From Lama glama (Eukaryota): a stretch of 64,000 nt of DNA. The notes beneath the pieces were generated by a model. The model saw only the letters and a list, made by a program, of their open reading frames with translations, searched no databases and was not told the origin of the DNA. Positions 12,261-25,136 of this stretch are shown in pieces (within the stretch, counting starts at the first letter, position 1; every line of letters starts with the position of its first letter). The DNA is taken from the NCBI GenBank assembly GCA_028534125.1, contig CM052817.1, positions 41,170,001-41,234,000 on the forward strand, written 5' to 3'. The position numbers were made by a program, and so were the translations under genes.

Positions 12261-13957
12261 AATAGTCTTTTTCTATTTTTTTTATAGTAAAGAAATTGGA
12301 GGCAGAATCATTACTTACTCAAGTTTCCATCTGAAAATGGTAGCAAAATAAACCCTCAGAAAAGTGGTAACAGGTATGAGGCAAGCCTCAGTAACAGTTT
12401 GCTCCTCAAGTAAGATAAACCCAACCTATTTTGAGAGAGGAGTTCCTTCACTTTACTCTTATAATGCATCTGAATGCTTTGAGAAGCTTGAAAATTATGA
12501 ACTGAATGTATATAATCAGTTGTCCAATATAGAGGAAGTAGACACTGGCTGTGATTGAACTCTACATCCCAAAGGTTTTTCAGATCCACTTGAACTATTT
12601 TTATCCGAGACGATTACTATTACTAGGAGTTTGATTCTGAGAAGTAAGGAATCCTAAGCCCTGATTCCCGTGACCTTACCATGTACAGGGGGCTTCATAT
12701 TCATCTGAAGAACAAAAGAACTGGATTACAGGAATATTTCCCACATTGCAATCCTTTACCACAGCCACAATTTTCATTGTGTACACACCTGACATGTTAT
12801 TTGCTGTTTTAAAGTGGTCTCATTTTTTTAAACTTAATCATAAATGATATTATCTGAAACATTTGCTAAACTGATTCTAGCTTTTCTAATATAAAGATAC
12901 CTTCATGACTACAAAAATAAAAGATTCCTGTAGATAGCACCTAAAATTGTCTTATATATCACCCTGGCATCTTTACAGACCTAGCAGAGTCTTACTCTTA
13001 CTCCTGCTGATCCCCAAGTTTGGTCACAATGAAGTAAAATTCACATCGACAAAGCCCTTTCTAGTCTCAAGGGTTTAATCTCTGAGAGAACAAAGAGCCA
13101 CCATCCTGGGTCCATGTGCTTTTTGAGTGGAGAGGCTCAGGGTAGGATCTCTGCGCTTTTGGATAGGCACTAAGAGAACACGTAGCCAAATCCAGTAAAA
13201 TTTCCTGTTTAAAACAGCATTTAAAGGATTGAACCACCACCAATAGGAAGTATTATTTATTTTCAGATTACTTCCAATGACATCAAATGAAATCCACATC
13301 TTTCATATCAATTATACTGACCCAAGGAGATTTCATCTGAAAACTAACATTCTTAAATAACATTCCTAAAAGCCTATGGAAATTGTAACAGCCCCCAAAA
13401 CAACATTCCTTCAAAAATAAAATATTTGAATAGGACCAAGTGGAAGAAAGTACATAAACAATTAGCCCTCATTAATGAAGAATGTGTATTTTGGAAAAGA
13501 TTTTGTAGAGTAATCCCAGACCCAGAGACACGTTTTCCCATAGACACTGACCTTTTGATTGAACTGGTTCATTTTCATGAAATTCCTTCTCTTCACTAAG
13601 AACTTAAAATTGCATTCCGCCATTTCAAATCTAGTAAGTCCATTTCCTTTTTTGTTTTCACTAAATGTATAAATAGAATCATGGCTATTTTCTACTACGT
13701 AGAAATAGAGATAAATCTAGTATGCACACATATAAATATGTACATATGTCTAGAACCATACGGTTAACACAGACATAGAATGCTTTATTTGGGAGGACTT
13801 TTGTGTTCATTTAGCCCAGCATCACCCAACTGTGTTCCACAATTTCCATGTTGAACGGGTGTTCCATTGAAAAAGGAATAGCTTTGGTAAACACTGAATT
13901 GAACAAAACTTAACTTATAACACTATAGACGTTTTGGTTTCCAAGAAGAGCATATAG

Positions 13958-14096
13958 CAGTGCTTCTCAGACATTAATATGTGTATAAAATTGCATGTTC
14001 AGTAAGTCTAGAATGGAGCCTGAGATTCTGCATCTCTAACAAACTCCCTGTGATGCTGATGCTTCTGGTCCAAGGACCACACTTTGAGTAACAAGG
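13958..14096. mobile_element. MER5A-like hAT-Charlie MITE, possibly nested in an older hAT element (about 13810-14155)
   Basis: cagtgcttctca...ggagcctgagattctgcatctctaacaaactccc...gatgctgatgc...ggaccacactttgagtaacaagg. Confidence 0.8.
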
Positions 14097-15089
14097 GTGT
14101 CTTCCTTAAAGCCTTCTTTTACCAGTGAACCGTGCCCCTCTTACACATAGTTGGTATTTTGAGATTTCTGGTTGTTTTGCTGGCTGGCTGGCTGGCTTGT
14201 TAGTTGGTGTGTTTGTTGGTTTGGAAAATAAGCATCAATGATTTTCAGTTTTTGAAACTGTTAATATAACTGAATCCCCACATTTTATAGAATGTCATTA
14301 TAGATGTCATTTTTTAAAAAAACACCCTAAATTTACCTAATTAGCTTTTACCTTTTGGTGGCTTTGCCTTGTTTCACTCCAGCTGTGCTGGGGAAAACTT
14401 GAAATCCTATACCATTCCAGGAAGGGGTGAAGGAAATAAAAGGACATGTGTCTCTTGCGTTCTACTCCAATGGGCAGTGAAGGACGTGCTCACTTTACAA
14501 GTGTACTAAAAAAAAAATCTTTGACTCTTATAGACAGACTAGCGAACAGTTGTTTGGATTTATATTATTGGCATTTTTTGGTTAGCTGTTTAACCTTTAA
14601 TCATGGGATCATAAAGAAAATCATCTAACTGCTTTAGATATCCAGCAATTCAGACACTCAGTCCTCTGCCATCTGTTTAACCACCCACCATTGACCAATC
14701 CATCCACCTGTCTGACTATACACTCAGCTACTCACACATCCATCTCCACCCATCCATTCAGTCACATGGTGGCCACGTGTCCACTCACCCATCCATCTGC
14801 ACATCCATTCCTTATACTAATTTGTTCAACAATATTTATGTGGCATTGTTTCTTTGTAAACATGGAGTAAAAGCAAAATTAATCTGCTAGCTTAAGGTAG
14901 GTAAAAGAGTCAATTACATGTTGTTCTACAAACTCCTAACCTACTTCCTTAGGTGCTAACCTCTCAATCTGTAAAAAAGAGTTTTCTAATGGTAGATTTT
15001 AGACAATGGCTGAGACGGTGCCATTGTAGGGAGAGAAACATGCTGCCTGTGAGCTGAGAGCTGAGCTGCCCAGTGTATCTCCTCAACCT

Positions 15090-15520
15090 GACATTCCTTC
15101 TCCTTCATTCCCTGAAGAAAGTCATTCAGTCTTTTGTACCACATCTCCTGGTATTCCCCTTCGTGCAGCTCTCCAGCTCACTGAACTGAGCGATTTGAAA
15201 TTGCCCAAATCATGCCTTTGATTATACTTTCCCCCCATCTGGACTATGCTTCCTGACCATCCTGGATGTCTAGCTCATAGCCCAGTACATCTCTTTCCAT
15301 CCTAAACTTTTCCCAGATCTTCTCTGGTTTGTCATCCTGACTTCTCCTGTGACACTCATCACTTTTGACCTTAATTTCCAGTTGTTGTGGTCATGTCTGA
15401 TCTCACCTATTAGACATAAAACTCCCTAGAAACATGAAGTCTCTACCTCGTTTATCTTTGCACCCTTCACAGAATCTCAAACAAGGCCACTCAGTAAATA
15501 TTTCTGGAATGAATGAATCA
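15090..15520 (+). mobile_element. L2 3' region
   Basis: tctgatctcacctattagac...tttatctttgcaccc...cactcagtaaatattctggaatgaatgaat. Confidence 0.7.
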
Positions 15521-15717
15521 ATCCATCTACACTTCTGATTGAGTGAAAAGTTTTGAGTATGCTGATTTCATGAGTAACAAGAGTTTGAGGCTAAGAAATA
15601 TCCAGATATTTATAAAATTCTTAGTTAACTGGATTGGTGGATTATTACTGCTGAATCTTTTGTAAAATACTTTGCCATCCTTCACCTGAGAGTGTTAGTA
15701 TGTTTCAAATTGATGGT

Positions 15718-15870
15718 ATATTTTTTATTGAAGTATAGTCAGTTTACAATGTTGTGTCAATTTTTGTTGTATAGCACAATGCTTCAGTCATAGATGAACA
15801 TATATGTATTCATTTTCATATTCTTTTTCACCGTAAGTTACTACAAGATATTGAATATAGTTCCATATGC
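15718..15870 (-). mobile_element. Young L1 3' end, camelid-like subfamily
   Basis: ttttattgaagtatagtcagtttacaatgttgtgtcaatt. TSD ttgatggt at 15710-15717 and 15871-15878. Confidence 0.85.
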
Positions 15871-16254
15871 TTGATGGTTTAGTCTTGATTTAATTAAAGT
15901 ATTGACTTTCTGGAGCATAAGCTATTAAAATAATATATCCTTACTCTTATATGTATTAATTCTAACACTATTTATTTTTTCCCCTTTTCTGCTTTTAACT
16001 TTTCTGCTATTAACAGTCAATTCAATGTCAAAATTTGTAAAGAATCACATGGAGTTGTGGTTTGAAACTTACTATCCTCTGACAATTTCTGCTGTTCCCT
16101 GTGTCTGTCAGATCACTTGGAGATGCAAAGTCTCTTTACCATCAGCAGAATTCTTGCCTATTCTTTTCTGTTTAAGAAAATGATTGTAGCTTTTGTTGTT
16201 CCTGCTGTTCATTCCTTTTCCTTGTTGTAAGCACTGTATGAATCATGGAAAAGA

Positions 16255-16313
16255 TAGACAGAGAGAGAAAAAAAGAGAGAGAGAAAGAGTGAGAGAGAGA
16301 GAGAGAGAGAGAA
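16255..16313 (+). repeat. (GA)n microsatellite
   Basis: Interrupted GA run. Confidence 0.9.
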
Positions 16314-16317
16314 GAAA

Positions 16318-17130
16318 ATGACTCAGTTGGAGTTCAAACTTGTAGACTACAGAATTGTCCCGAGGCTGGAAACAAAAGTGAATTTGTGTTAAAACTCTTA
16401 CTTTCCAGCTAATATATCTCTTTAAGAGGTAGGCTGACACTTCGTGTCCTCCCCTCAGCGTCTTTGCTAACCTGTGTGATTGTGTTGAGGTAGAACTAGA
16501 TTTTTTCTTGTTTTTTCCCCCTTTATCATTAAACTTTTGGAATTTTACAATGCCAGTGTTGAAAATTATCTAATACACATGTTCTTTTGCTTTGGTGATA
16601 GAAAAACATAAAGAGGGTTTGATTAATACTGATTTGGTTGTTGATGTAAATTAACCCGGACCTTTTCAGACTGTGAGTGGAACTGGTCTGCTCTGAGGGA
16701 CGGAGCTGCTGCCACAAATCCCCAGGCCTTGTGACTCAGTTGCCATACTTTGTCAGCTCTGTCAACTGAATGGACTTCTTTAATTTGAAAGGAACCATTT
16801 CATTCTGACGACAACGAGCAACCGTATTTAAAGCACATATAAAACCTTCCCGTGGTGCCCCTGCCAGAGTCACCCTTGTTTCTCTGCTCCTGCCAGGCTG
16901 CCGCTGGCCTGGGGCCATCGGACCACCAGGAATGGAGCTGTGACTTTAGGCCCTTCATAAAAGAAGAGCAAAAGAAAAAAGAACAAAAAAAGTACATGTC
17001 AGCCAAAGAGCAGTTTTCCCTTTCTCGAACCTTGAACTAGACAAATGTTTGGACACGCTTTTCAATTTCCAACAGTCCTGAAGGGCGCTTTTCTTCAGTG
17101 CTTAAGAATGAGTCCTCTGATACTTACTGA
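16318..17130. promoter_or_regulatory. Candidate promoter/enhancer in repeat-free sequence
   Basis: Two TGACTCAGTTG AP-1 sites (16319, 16732), TATTTAAA 16825-16832, TATAAAA 16838-16844, locally retained CpGs at about 16808-16920. Confidence 0.35.
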
Positions 17131-18189
17131 AGTCCCCTCTGCCCTGCCTCCCTTTGGAAGCATCCTTTGCCACTAGCATCCTCCACTGAAGGGAGGACGT
17201 CACCCCCACTCTCTCTGTCAGCTGCCCAGGATAGAGCGCCACTGAGAGATGGCCCCCAAGGGGGACTGAGTGTAACCACTTCCCTTTGTTGGCTGTTTCT
17301 GCTGACCCAGTCCTGCCCCTTGGTCTTCCCCACCAAACCCTGCACCCCATGGGGCTTTGAAAGCAAGAGTGCCCCGGAGGAATTCCAGCACTGTCTCCTT
17401 TGGAGACCTGGAGAGAGACCCACTCCATCATTTCTAACATGGTCTTCATCAGAATAGATAATGTAAATTCCAAGCAATCAACTTTGCAATGAATTTGGAA
17501 AGCAGACTGTGTTTGATCTGGGGACTGTGTGTACTTACATTGAGGAAGTGGGGTTGCCTATACAAAGTACAGTATGACTGCTGAGTGAGCACTTAACATT
17601 TTTTTTAATATAATTTAATTCTCTAAAGACAGGAAACAGCAGGCAGCTGCTTTGCACTATTCAAGAAGCACTTTGCTCCTTTACAGCAAAAGAGCTGAAC
17701 TATGAAATGAACTTTGCCGTCTGAATTGGGGCTAGGTATTTTGGCAGCCACTCAAAAGTCTTTTTTGATGGTGTGTCCATCAAATAGCAAGTTTATGAAG
17801 TACTGCTTAGAAATGCTTGGTCTTATTCTTTGAAGATTAGAACAGGATAGTGTGGGAGTAGGATTCCAGAGTTACACATAATTTTTTTTTTACAGCTGGA
17901 GAAACTGAGGCAATGAAAAGAACATTTATGCAAGGTCACAGAGGGGAGCCTGCAATTTTGAGAAAATGATCTTCATTTACTCTGTCATTTCCAGGCAGCT
18001 GGTTGAAAGCTAATTTTATTTTTAGATAAGCTTAGTTGTCTGGGATATTATTGGCCACTCCATCGTTGGGAAAGGTGGTGTGTTTTAGGAATAAGGTTAG
18101 GTATCAGAGTTCTATCAAGTCTTAAATTTTGCCTTAAATTTAAGGAAAAAATAGATTTACTTCCTTATAAAGCTGTATTAACAAGTTCA

Positions 18190-18680
18190 CTTTTTATTGT
18201 TGGAAACAAGCAACAAAATTAATGTGACTCAAATTGAGGAGTGTATTTCAGTTATGAAACATAATAAAACCCATCCCACAACTTAAGAACTAGAATATTA
18301 ACAGTGCCAAAGAAGCTTTTGGTATGTTCTTCTCAATCTCTTTCACTTCCCCCACCCCCTGCCTTCTGCACAGAGGTAACTATGCTCCTGGATTTTATGT
18401 TTGTCTATTCTGTGGTTTTATTTTAATAGTTTTATATAAGCAGGTATCATTAGGCAATATAATATTAATTTTACATTTTATTGAGCTTCAATGAAATGGT
18501 ATCATATTGTATGTACTTTTCTTCCTTGTAGTTTTTCATTCCAATATTATGTTTCTAAGATTGAGCTACATTGTTCCTTTAAGCTGTGGTCTACTCATGT
18601 TCACTGCTGTGTAATATTCATCCTGTGACTATATCAAAGTGTAGCAAGTCACTCTTGACTGTGGATTTTTGGGTTTGTAA
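18190..18680 (-). mobile_element. Ancient L1ME-type 3' fragment
   Basis: cagaggtaactatgctcctggattttatg...aaatggtatcatattgtatgtac...tatgtttctaagatt. Confidence 0.75.
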
Positions 18681-18737
18681 GTAAAGGATTAACAGTCAGG
18701 ACTGGGCTACTCTACTTGTCCAACAATCTCTCCAAGT

Positions 18738-18999
18738 CAGTGGCTTTCAAAAAAAATTTTTTTTACTCTTATCAAGAATAAATGCTTTATATTGCACCTC
18801 AGTACACATTCATATATACATAATTGAAACAAAGTTTAATAAAAGAATACTATTTTTACCATGTGTGATGTAATCTAATATTTCTATTCTAGTCCATTCT
18901 ATTTCATAGAACTTTTTAATACTTAGCTAGCCTTTGGTGAGGTCCATCAAACTAATTTTATTACCTTGTGTATTGAAGATCACAATTTGAAAAACACTA
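18738..18999. mobile_element. hAT-Charlie non-autonomous element (Charlie4-like)
   Basis: TIR-like cagtggctttcaaa / tttgaaaaacacta. TSD ctccaagt (18730-18737) / ctctaagt (19000-19007). Confidence 0.75.
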
Positions 19000-20314
19000 C
19001 TCTAAGTCTTGCAGCAAAGAACGAATTAGTAGGTCAAATAGTATCGCATGCTTATTTTTAATGTTACGAATTTTATTGGGGTCAGGAAAAACAATATAGC
19101 AAAATCCATATAACACTAATGCACAGTACTCTTTATGATGACTATAATTATGAGATTTTGTCCCCCATATCAATAAAGCTCCCTTAATGAAATTAAAAAA
19201 AAACAACATTCCACAGACTTAAACACTTCTAGAAGTCTTTTTATGGAAACTAAATTTTGAAAAAGTTTAGCACAACATCAGAGTCTTTAATAAAGTACTT
19301 CTTCATATCACTTTAGAAACTTTAGTTTTGTGATCAGAAAAAGAAAAACGCTTTTTCCTTTCCTGTGCCATAGGAGATAATAGATGGCGTTCTGGATCAG
19401 GAGTCAGAAAGCTAAGCACCCACAGGCCTTCCACTTGTCATCTCCCGTGTGAGTTTCTAACTCTAAGCATCAGGCAAGAGATATCGTCAGGTCTCCACCT
19501 CTCTCCTACTGCACAGACATTAGGAACAATTCTGTATTTTAGCCTCCTGAAGGGAACACTGGAGAAGAATCTCTTCCATCTATGCCCAAATTTAAAGCAG
19601 CCCTAGGAGCTCCTTTTTATACTTCTTCAGAGTTGATGAGGAGTTACCATTTTTTATCCCAAATTACAGACATCTTCAAACCCCAAGGGACACAGTTTCT
19701 TTCCTGTTACAAGAGAATTCTGGAAAGCTGGGTAGATCTGCAACCTGGGTATCCTCACCCAAAGAGGATGGAGTAATAAGAACGGACTCTGTTGTCACTT
19801 TCCCCTTTCCACCTTGCACACCCAGGGTGAGGAACGGGTTAGAGTTTGGGGTCCTCAGTCATATACCCAAGATTTTAGAGTATGTATTTGTCTCTAGATC
19901 CTTTCTCTCTTGCTTGGGAACAGAAAGATTCTAGGTTGGAAGAACTACTAGTGTCCTCTCCAAGTAAAGCAGGAAATGTTTTCAGGAAGAATTTAAAAAC
20001 ATGTTTTTATAATTATGATAACATTGGATTATTCTTGGATCATAAATTAGTCTTTTCCTTCTTAACCTTCCTTTCTCTTTCTTCAGAAACTAGTGAAAAG
20101 TTAGAAATATTTCCATTTCTAGATCTTTAAGAAGATTTTTTATTTTTCATGATCTTTCTTCCTTTCTATAGGATTTTATTAAGGACTTTTGAGTACATTT
20201 CACAATAGTGCCTGTTCCTTTTTTTCCCTTTATTTGGTTGTAAATCACTGGTTGTTTTACAGTTTTTATTTAAGAAACAATGTTTAGATAAGGGACAATT
20301 TACATTTCAGGAGT

Positions 20315-20560
20315 CTTTAGTGGTTAAGAGTGAGCATTCTGGAGCCAGACTTCTCAGGAAAAGCCCAGCTTTTCCACTTACTGGTTCCATGATTTTGGCA
20401 AGTTACTTAGATATGTGTGCCTCAGTTTCCTTGTCTGTAATATGCAAATAATATTTTCTTCCTGGGACTTTTGTTGACTTAAGCAAGTTAAGACATAAAG
20501 CGCATAGACTAGTAACATATATAACAAAGGCTCGATTCATGGTGTTCTTACAACTATCAT
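20315..20560 (+). mobile_element. MIR SINE
   Basis: tagtggttaagagtgagcattctggagccagac...ggcaagttactt...gcctcagtttccttgtctgtaa. Confidence 0.85.
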
Positions 20561-20637
20561 TGTTACTACATTGTTATACAGTTGTGATATTATATGGTAA
20601 CCCACTGCCTCCCTCTCTTGCCTAAGAAGCTAAGACT

Positions 20638-20663
20638 GATTTGTTTGTTTGTTTGTTTGTTTG
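20638..20663 (+). repeat. (TTTG)n microsatellite
   Basis: About six TTTG units. Confidence 0.85.
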
Positions 20664-21439
20664 TAAATTTGTCTAAAACAACACTTTTTTTTCTTTTTGG
20701 GGAACTATATATTCAACATTTCTGATGAAGTTTAGCTTCACTTAGTTATCCCACAAGATGAAGTCTGTAAAACACTTTGCAATCATAAGGCACTATACAA
20801 ATGTCAGTTATTATCAGACCTACTACTAAGAAAATGTCTATTTTCCAGATGCCTTTATTTAAGAGGTCTTATCATTCCTTTTGGAAATAAATTTGATGTG
20901 ATTTGTCCCATAAAGAATAATCTTTATGGAGGCTAAAGATCTTAGACTAAGATTTGTCGATGGCATTTTTCATCATGGGGATAGGGATTTAGATTGTATC
21001 AGATTTAAACATATTTGCAATTTCAGCTTTTCCTTCAACAAAGATATGAACAGATTGCCAGCCCTTGTCTATCAAAAAAAAAAAAAAAAGCAAAGCACTC
21101 TTGGTTGCAAGAGTTTCAAAAAAAAATGATAAATAAGATAAGTTTGCAGAAACTTCAACTCTCAGGACATTTGATGCATACTTCATTTAACTAACTATAA
21201 AACTGTAATTAATTGTGTATCTTATGAAATTTCCTAGGAAGAAGACAGCCATTCTGCAGACCAATATTCAATTGCTGAAATTTCTCAGACCATCAACACA
21301 CAGTATTTTCTCCTTCTTCAATTTCCTTTTGTACACGCAGTGCAAGTCTCCCTTAAATAAGACCTTATCATGTTATATATTATCCTTTTCCCAGGCTGTC
21401 AGCCCTACACAATCTGGCATTTCGTTATCAGCATATAAT

Positions 21440-21610
21440 GTTATATGTTAAATGACTTCCAGAATGTACTTGCCTCCCCTCAGTTAAATTTTAAGCCCTT
21501 GAAATCAAGGATCATATTTTATACTGTTCATAATCTTTTTTTTTAAATACAGCAAAGTCCTAAGCATATAATAATTGCTCAAGGAGTGCTAATTGATGCA
21601 TTGAAACTCA
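21440..21610 (+). mobile_element. L2 3' end
   Basis: cttgcctcccctcagttaaattttaagcccttgaaatcaaggatcatatttt. Confidence 0.55.
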
Positions 21611-21759
21611 CATAAGCCTACTCTAGAATCCAATGAAACAAATCCATATTTTCCCCAAATGAAAAAGGCCTCATAACAGAATTTTTTGCATTTTTCCTCA
21701 GCCTCTTCTACAGGCTCCTATGATGTCTCTGTGACTTTCAGATACAGCAGTACAAAAGA

Positions 21760-21945
21760 GAAAGAGCTCCAGTTGGGGTTAAAAATGTCTGCGTTTCAAG
21801 AACTGAATGTAAGCAGGATACTTAACCTTCCTGAGCCTCAGTTTTCTCATCGAGAAAATGGAAAAAATCACGTCTGCCTCGGTATTTTGAGGATTGGAGG
21901 AAATATTTCTACAAAGTGCATAGCACAGCTGGGGCACAGTGAGAG
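21760..21945 (+). mobile_element. MIR SINE
   Basis: tacttaaccttcctgagcctcagttttctcatcgagaaaatgg. Confidence 0.75.
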
Positions 21946-22079
21946 CAGGCTGTCGAACCCCTGCTTAGGTGGAGGTGCTCCCTGGACGTTTACATCTGGC
22001 GTTCTGAAAGTCTCGGTATGTCCAAAACCAAGCCTGTGATTTTTCCCGGCTTCCAAACCTGCTCCTCCTTCAGAGAGGA

Positions 22080-23275
22080 GCACCACCACCCATCCGCTTA
22101 GGCAAACCGAAATCTAGACTTCAGACCTCTCATACCCCCTTCCACACCTCCCATTTCCAAACCAGCACAAATTCGTTGTCTCCACAGTCTTCTTGCACCT
22201 TCCCACCTTCCCCAACCACCGGATCAGGAGAAGCTGCCATCACCCCTCACTGGGTCCACCTCAACGCCTCCAACTGAGCTTCCTGTAGTCTTCATGAGTG
22301 GCTCCAGTCTGCTCATATGACACAAGTGACCTTCCCTGATGAATGCAAATCTAATTGCATCTTTCTCCTGCTGCCTGTCACTTGTAGAAGAACAAATACC
22401 CGAATCCTTCACTTGGCTGATAAGATCTGGAATGATCTGGTCCATACTCTGCAGGCTATTTTCCCTTTGCCCCTCCAGATCCACTTGGTTCTTTCCCACC
22501 CTGCTCTGTGCCCGGGAGCTGGCTTTGTGTAGGTGACCTCAAAGGACTCCCTCACCTGTCTTACAGCTCATTTAACTAAAGAAAGGTCGGAGATGGTGGG
22601 AGGGCTGGAGACTGCATATATATATATATATATATATATAAATATATGGTATTTATTCCCCTGGAGCTCTCCCTGCTGTGTAGCCTCAGACTGGCTGTGT
22701 CTCCTTACAGTCCCAGCTCCTGCGAGGTGTCTCTTTCCTGTAGCTGTTTTCTCTGATGAATACTCCTGCCTTCCACTTCGATCCCAGGCACAGGACAGCT
22801 TTTTGTCCCTGTTGGCCTCCCTTAACCATTCAGACACCATTGCAAAGGGTCCCTTCATTAAACTGACCTCAGTGGCCCCTGTTTTCTGCTGACCGAATCA
22901 TTCTTTCCTCCTTAAGCCACTGGCCTTTCAGTTCTTCGAATATTCCATGGTACTTTCCACCTCTGCCCAGATGAATCTTTCTCTTTCCCTAGTTAACACT
23001 AATTCATACTTCAGGTCTCAGCTCAAATATCAACTGCATGGTGGAAGCTTTTCCTGACTCCCAAAGTAGGTCAAGTACCTCCCCAGTATGCTCTCCTACT
23101 TCTGTGTAGTTTTCCACAGCACTTATAATAAGACAACAAATACATCATTTAAAGTACTTCTCCACTGTGAGTGTAGGAATCACGTCTGTTCTGCTCATCT
23201 CTGTACCCCAGTTCCCAGCACGGTGTCGACACATGTCGTTCTCAGAGCATAAATGATCAAAGAGTGAATGCATTC
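22080..23275 (+). mobile_element. L2 LINE fragments, interrupted near a (TA)n run at 22616-22647
   Basis: tcatacttcaggtctcagctcaaatatca...aagcttttcctgactccc...cacgtctgttctgctcatctctgtaccccag. Confidence 0.7.
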
Positions 23276-23569
23276 AGTTTGCCAGCTGCTAACTAGAAGC
23301 ATGCCAGTCTTTAGGTGTGTACAAGTGGACCACAGTCACCTGTTTACTTTGGAGATCCATGTCCATGTGCTAATCATGTTTTGGACAATGAGATTACTTT
23401 TATTATTTTTTCCAATCACAGTTTCCAAAGCCAAGCATTGCAAAATTACATTATTTAGGAACTTCCTGGCAGCCTACTTGCCTCCAGTGACTGTCCCTTT
23501 CTTCTTCTTCCTATATTCTGCTCTTTGTGTTTTTCTCAATAAATAATTCCCCACTTTCCATTATCTCTT

Positions 23570-23945
23570 ATTTGTGGTCTGGAATGCCCCACCCATCCCC
23601 TCATATCCATGGGATTAACTCCTTTACCTCCTTCAAGGCTTTGCTCAAATTGTCATGTTATCTAACACAAGAAGCCTCTTATGAATGTGTGCTTTTGCCA
23701 TTCTGGGTCCTCAGTGGCACCTTTCTTAACCACACTATTTAAAATTTCCGGAGCAACCTTCTCTTGGAATCTCCCGTACATTGCTCAGTTTTTTGATAAC
23801 TTTTATTATCATCTAGCATCATTTATATTTTTATGATGCTTATTTATTGTCTGTTGCCTCTAGAAAAATCTCTGTTATCTCAAGGGCCTCCAGCAGTGCC
23901 TGGAACATCGTAGGCCTTCAAAAATATTTGCTGCATGAATTAAAT
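23570..23945 (+). mobile_element. L2 3' region
   Basis: tctggaatgccc...aactcctttacctccttcaaggctttgctcaaat...cagtgcctggaacatcgtagg...aaatatttgctgcatgaat. Confidence 0.75.
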
Positions 23946-25117
23946 CAGTGTCCTTTTTGCAACCTTTGACTGGCCTGTACCTCTTTATTCACATCTACGC
24001 TTTTCTTACAAACCAAATGGCAGTTCTAGATTTAAATATTCTCCCTTGCCTGTTCCTATACCTAGACAAAACTTTACCTAGACAAAATTTTATGGTACAA
24101 AAAATTAAGAAGTCTCATGATTTAAAGGAAACGCCCTTACCATACATGCATCTTAAATGATTAAGTAAGCCATGTGAACACAAGAATCATGCTTTTTTCA
24201 TTAAATGTCCTACATTCAGTTAATGTTTTGTTATGAAGGCAATAAAAATGAAAGCAAGTGTTAATGAGAGTCCATAAAAGTGCAAGTAAAATGTCTAATC
24301 TCTATTTTCTAAGAAATTTTCTCCATTTTATCTGCAAGTCACTTTAGAAAGATTACATAAAAAGCAAAATTAAGTAATCCAGCAAAAGAAATCTCTCTTG
24401 AATTTGTACTTTTGCCATTCTATGTTCTATTCATCACTGATCTTCGAAATAATTAGTCAAGGCTCTACAAGATCCCAAAGTGCCTTCTGAATCATTAAAC
24501 ATTAAATTTTCAATAGCATTTTTGGCCTCATGTTGTTTATTGACTGTTGGCTTTCCATGCCCAGTGTACATGGCTACCCTATAGTAACCAGAGTATTCCA
24601 AGCAATCAATCTGACAGGAAGTATCTGTTTAATGACTGCCATGTGCTCATCCTTGAGTTGTTTTCATCAAGCAGAGCACTGTGTCTGTGAGCAGGCTAAA
24701 TGCTGAGAATTTACTGTATTACTTACAACTACGAATCTCTGTTAGCCTGAAATTACTTTTATCCCGATGCTGCTAAATGGCTGAAGGAAAAGAGGTGAAG
24801 CCTGGTTAACAGTCACATGGGTGCTCATCCCTTCATGACGCTGCCTCTTCTCTGAGGCTTATACCCCCTTACTTCTCATGATGAACCATGTCAAAACTCT
24901 AATTACTTTTTTCTCCTTTAAGGGAAGCATGGTAAAAAATTTTATCTGAAACAGTTTACCTGTCTTTTTTTCCCCTCCCTTTTACATCACATGTTAATAA
25001 AAAAGCAATTAGGAAGCACAGAGAGGGAAACAAAAGTGAATTCCCAGTTCTCCCATATAGTTCATCATTAAAGGTAGCTACTGTTGTTTGGGTACATATT
25101 TCTTTTCATGGTATTTA

Positions 25118-25136
25118 CACACACACACACACACAC
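25118..25136 (+). repeat. (CA)n microsatellite
   Basis: About nine CA units. Confidence 0.9.

Noticed and set aside
16480..16500. tgaggtag let-7-like seed
   Set aside because: The match ends after 8 nt and there is no let-7 hairpin.
17102..17477. Three overlapping ORFs of 96-123 aa
   Set aside because: Explained by locally higher GC content; no homology recognised.
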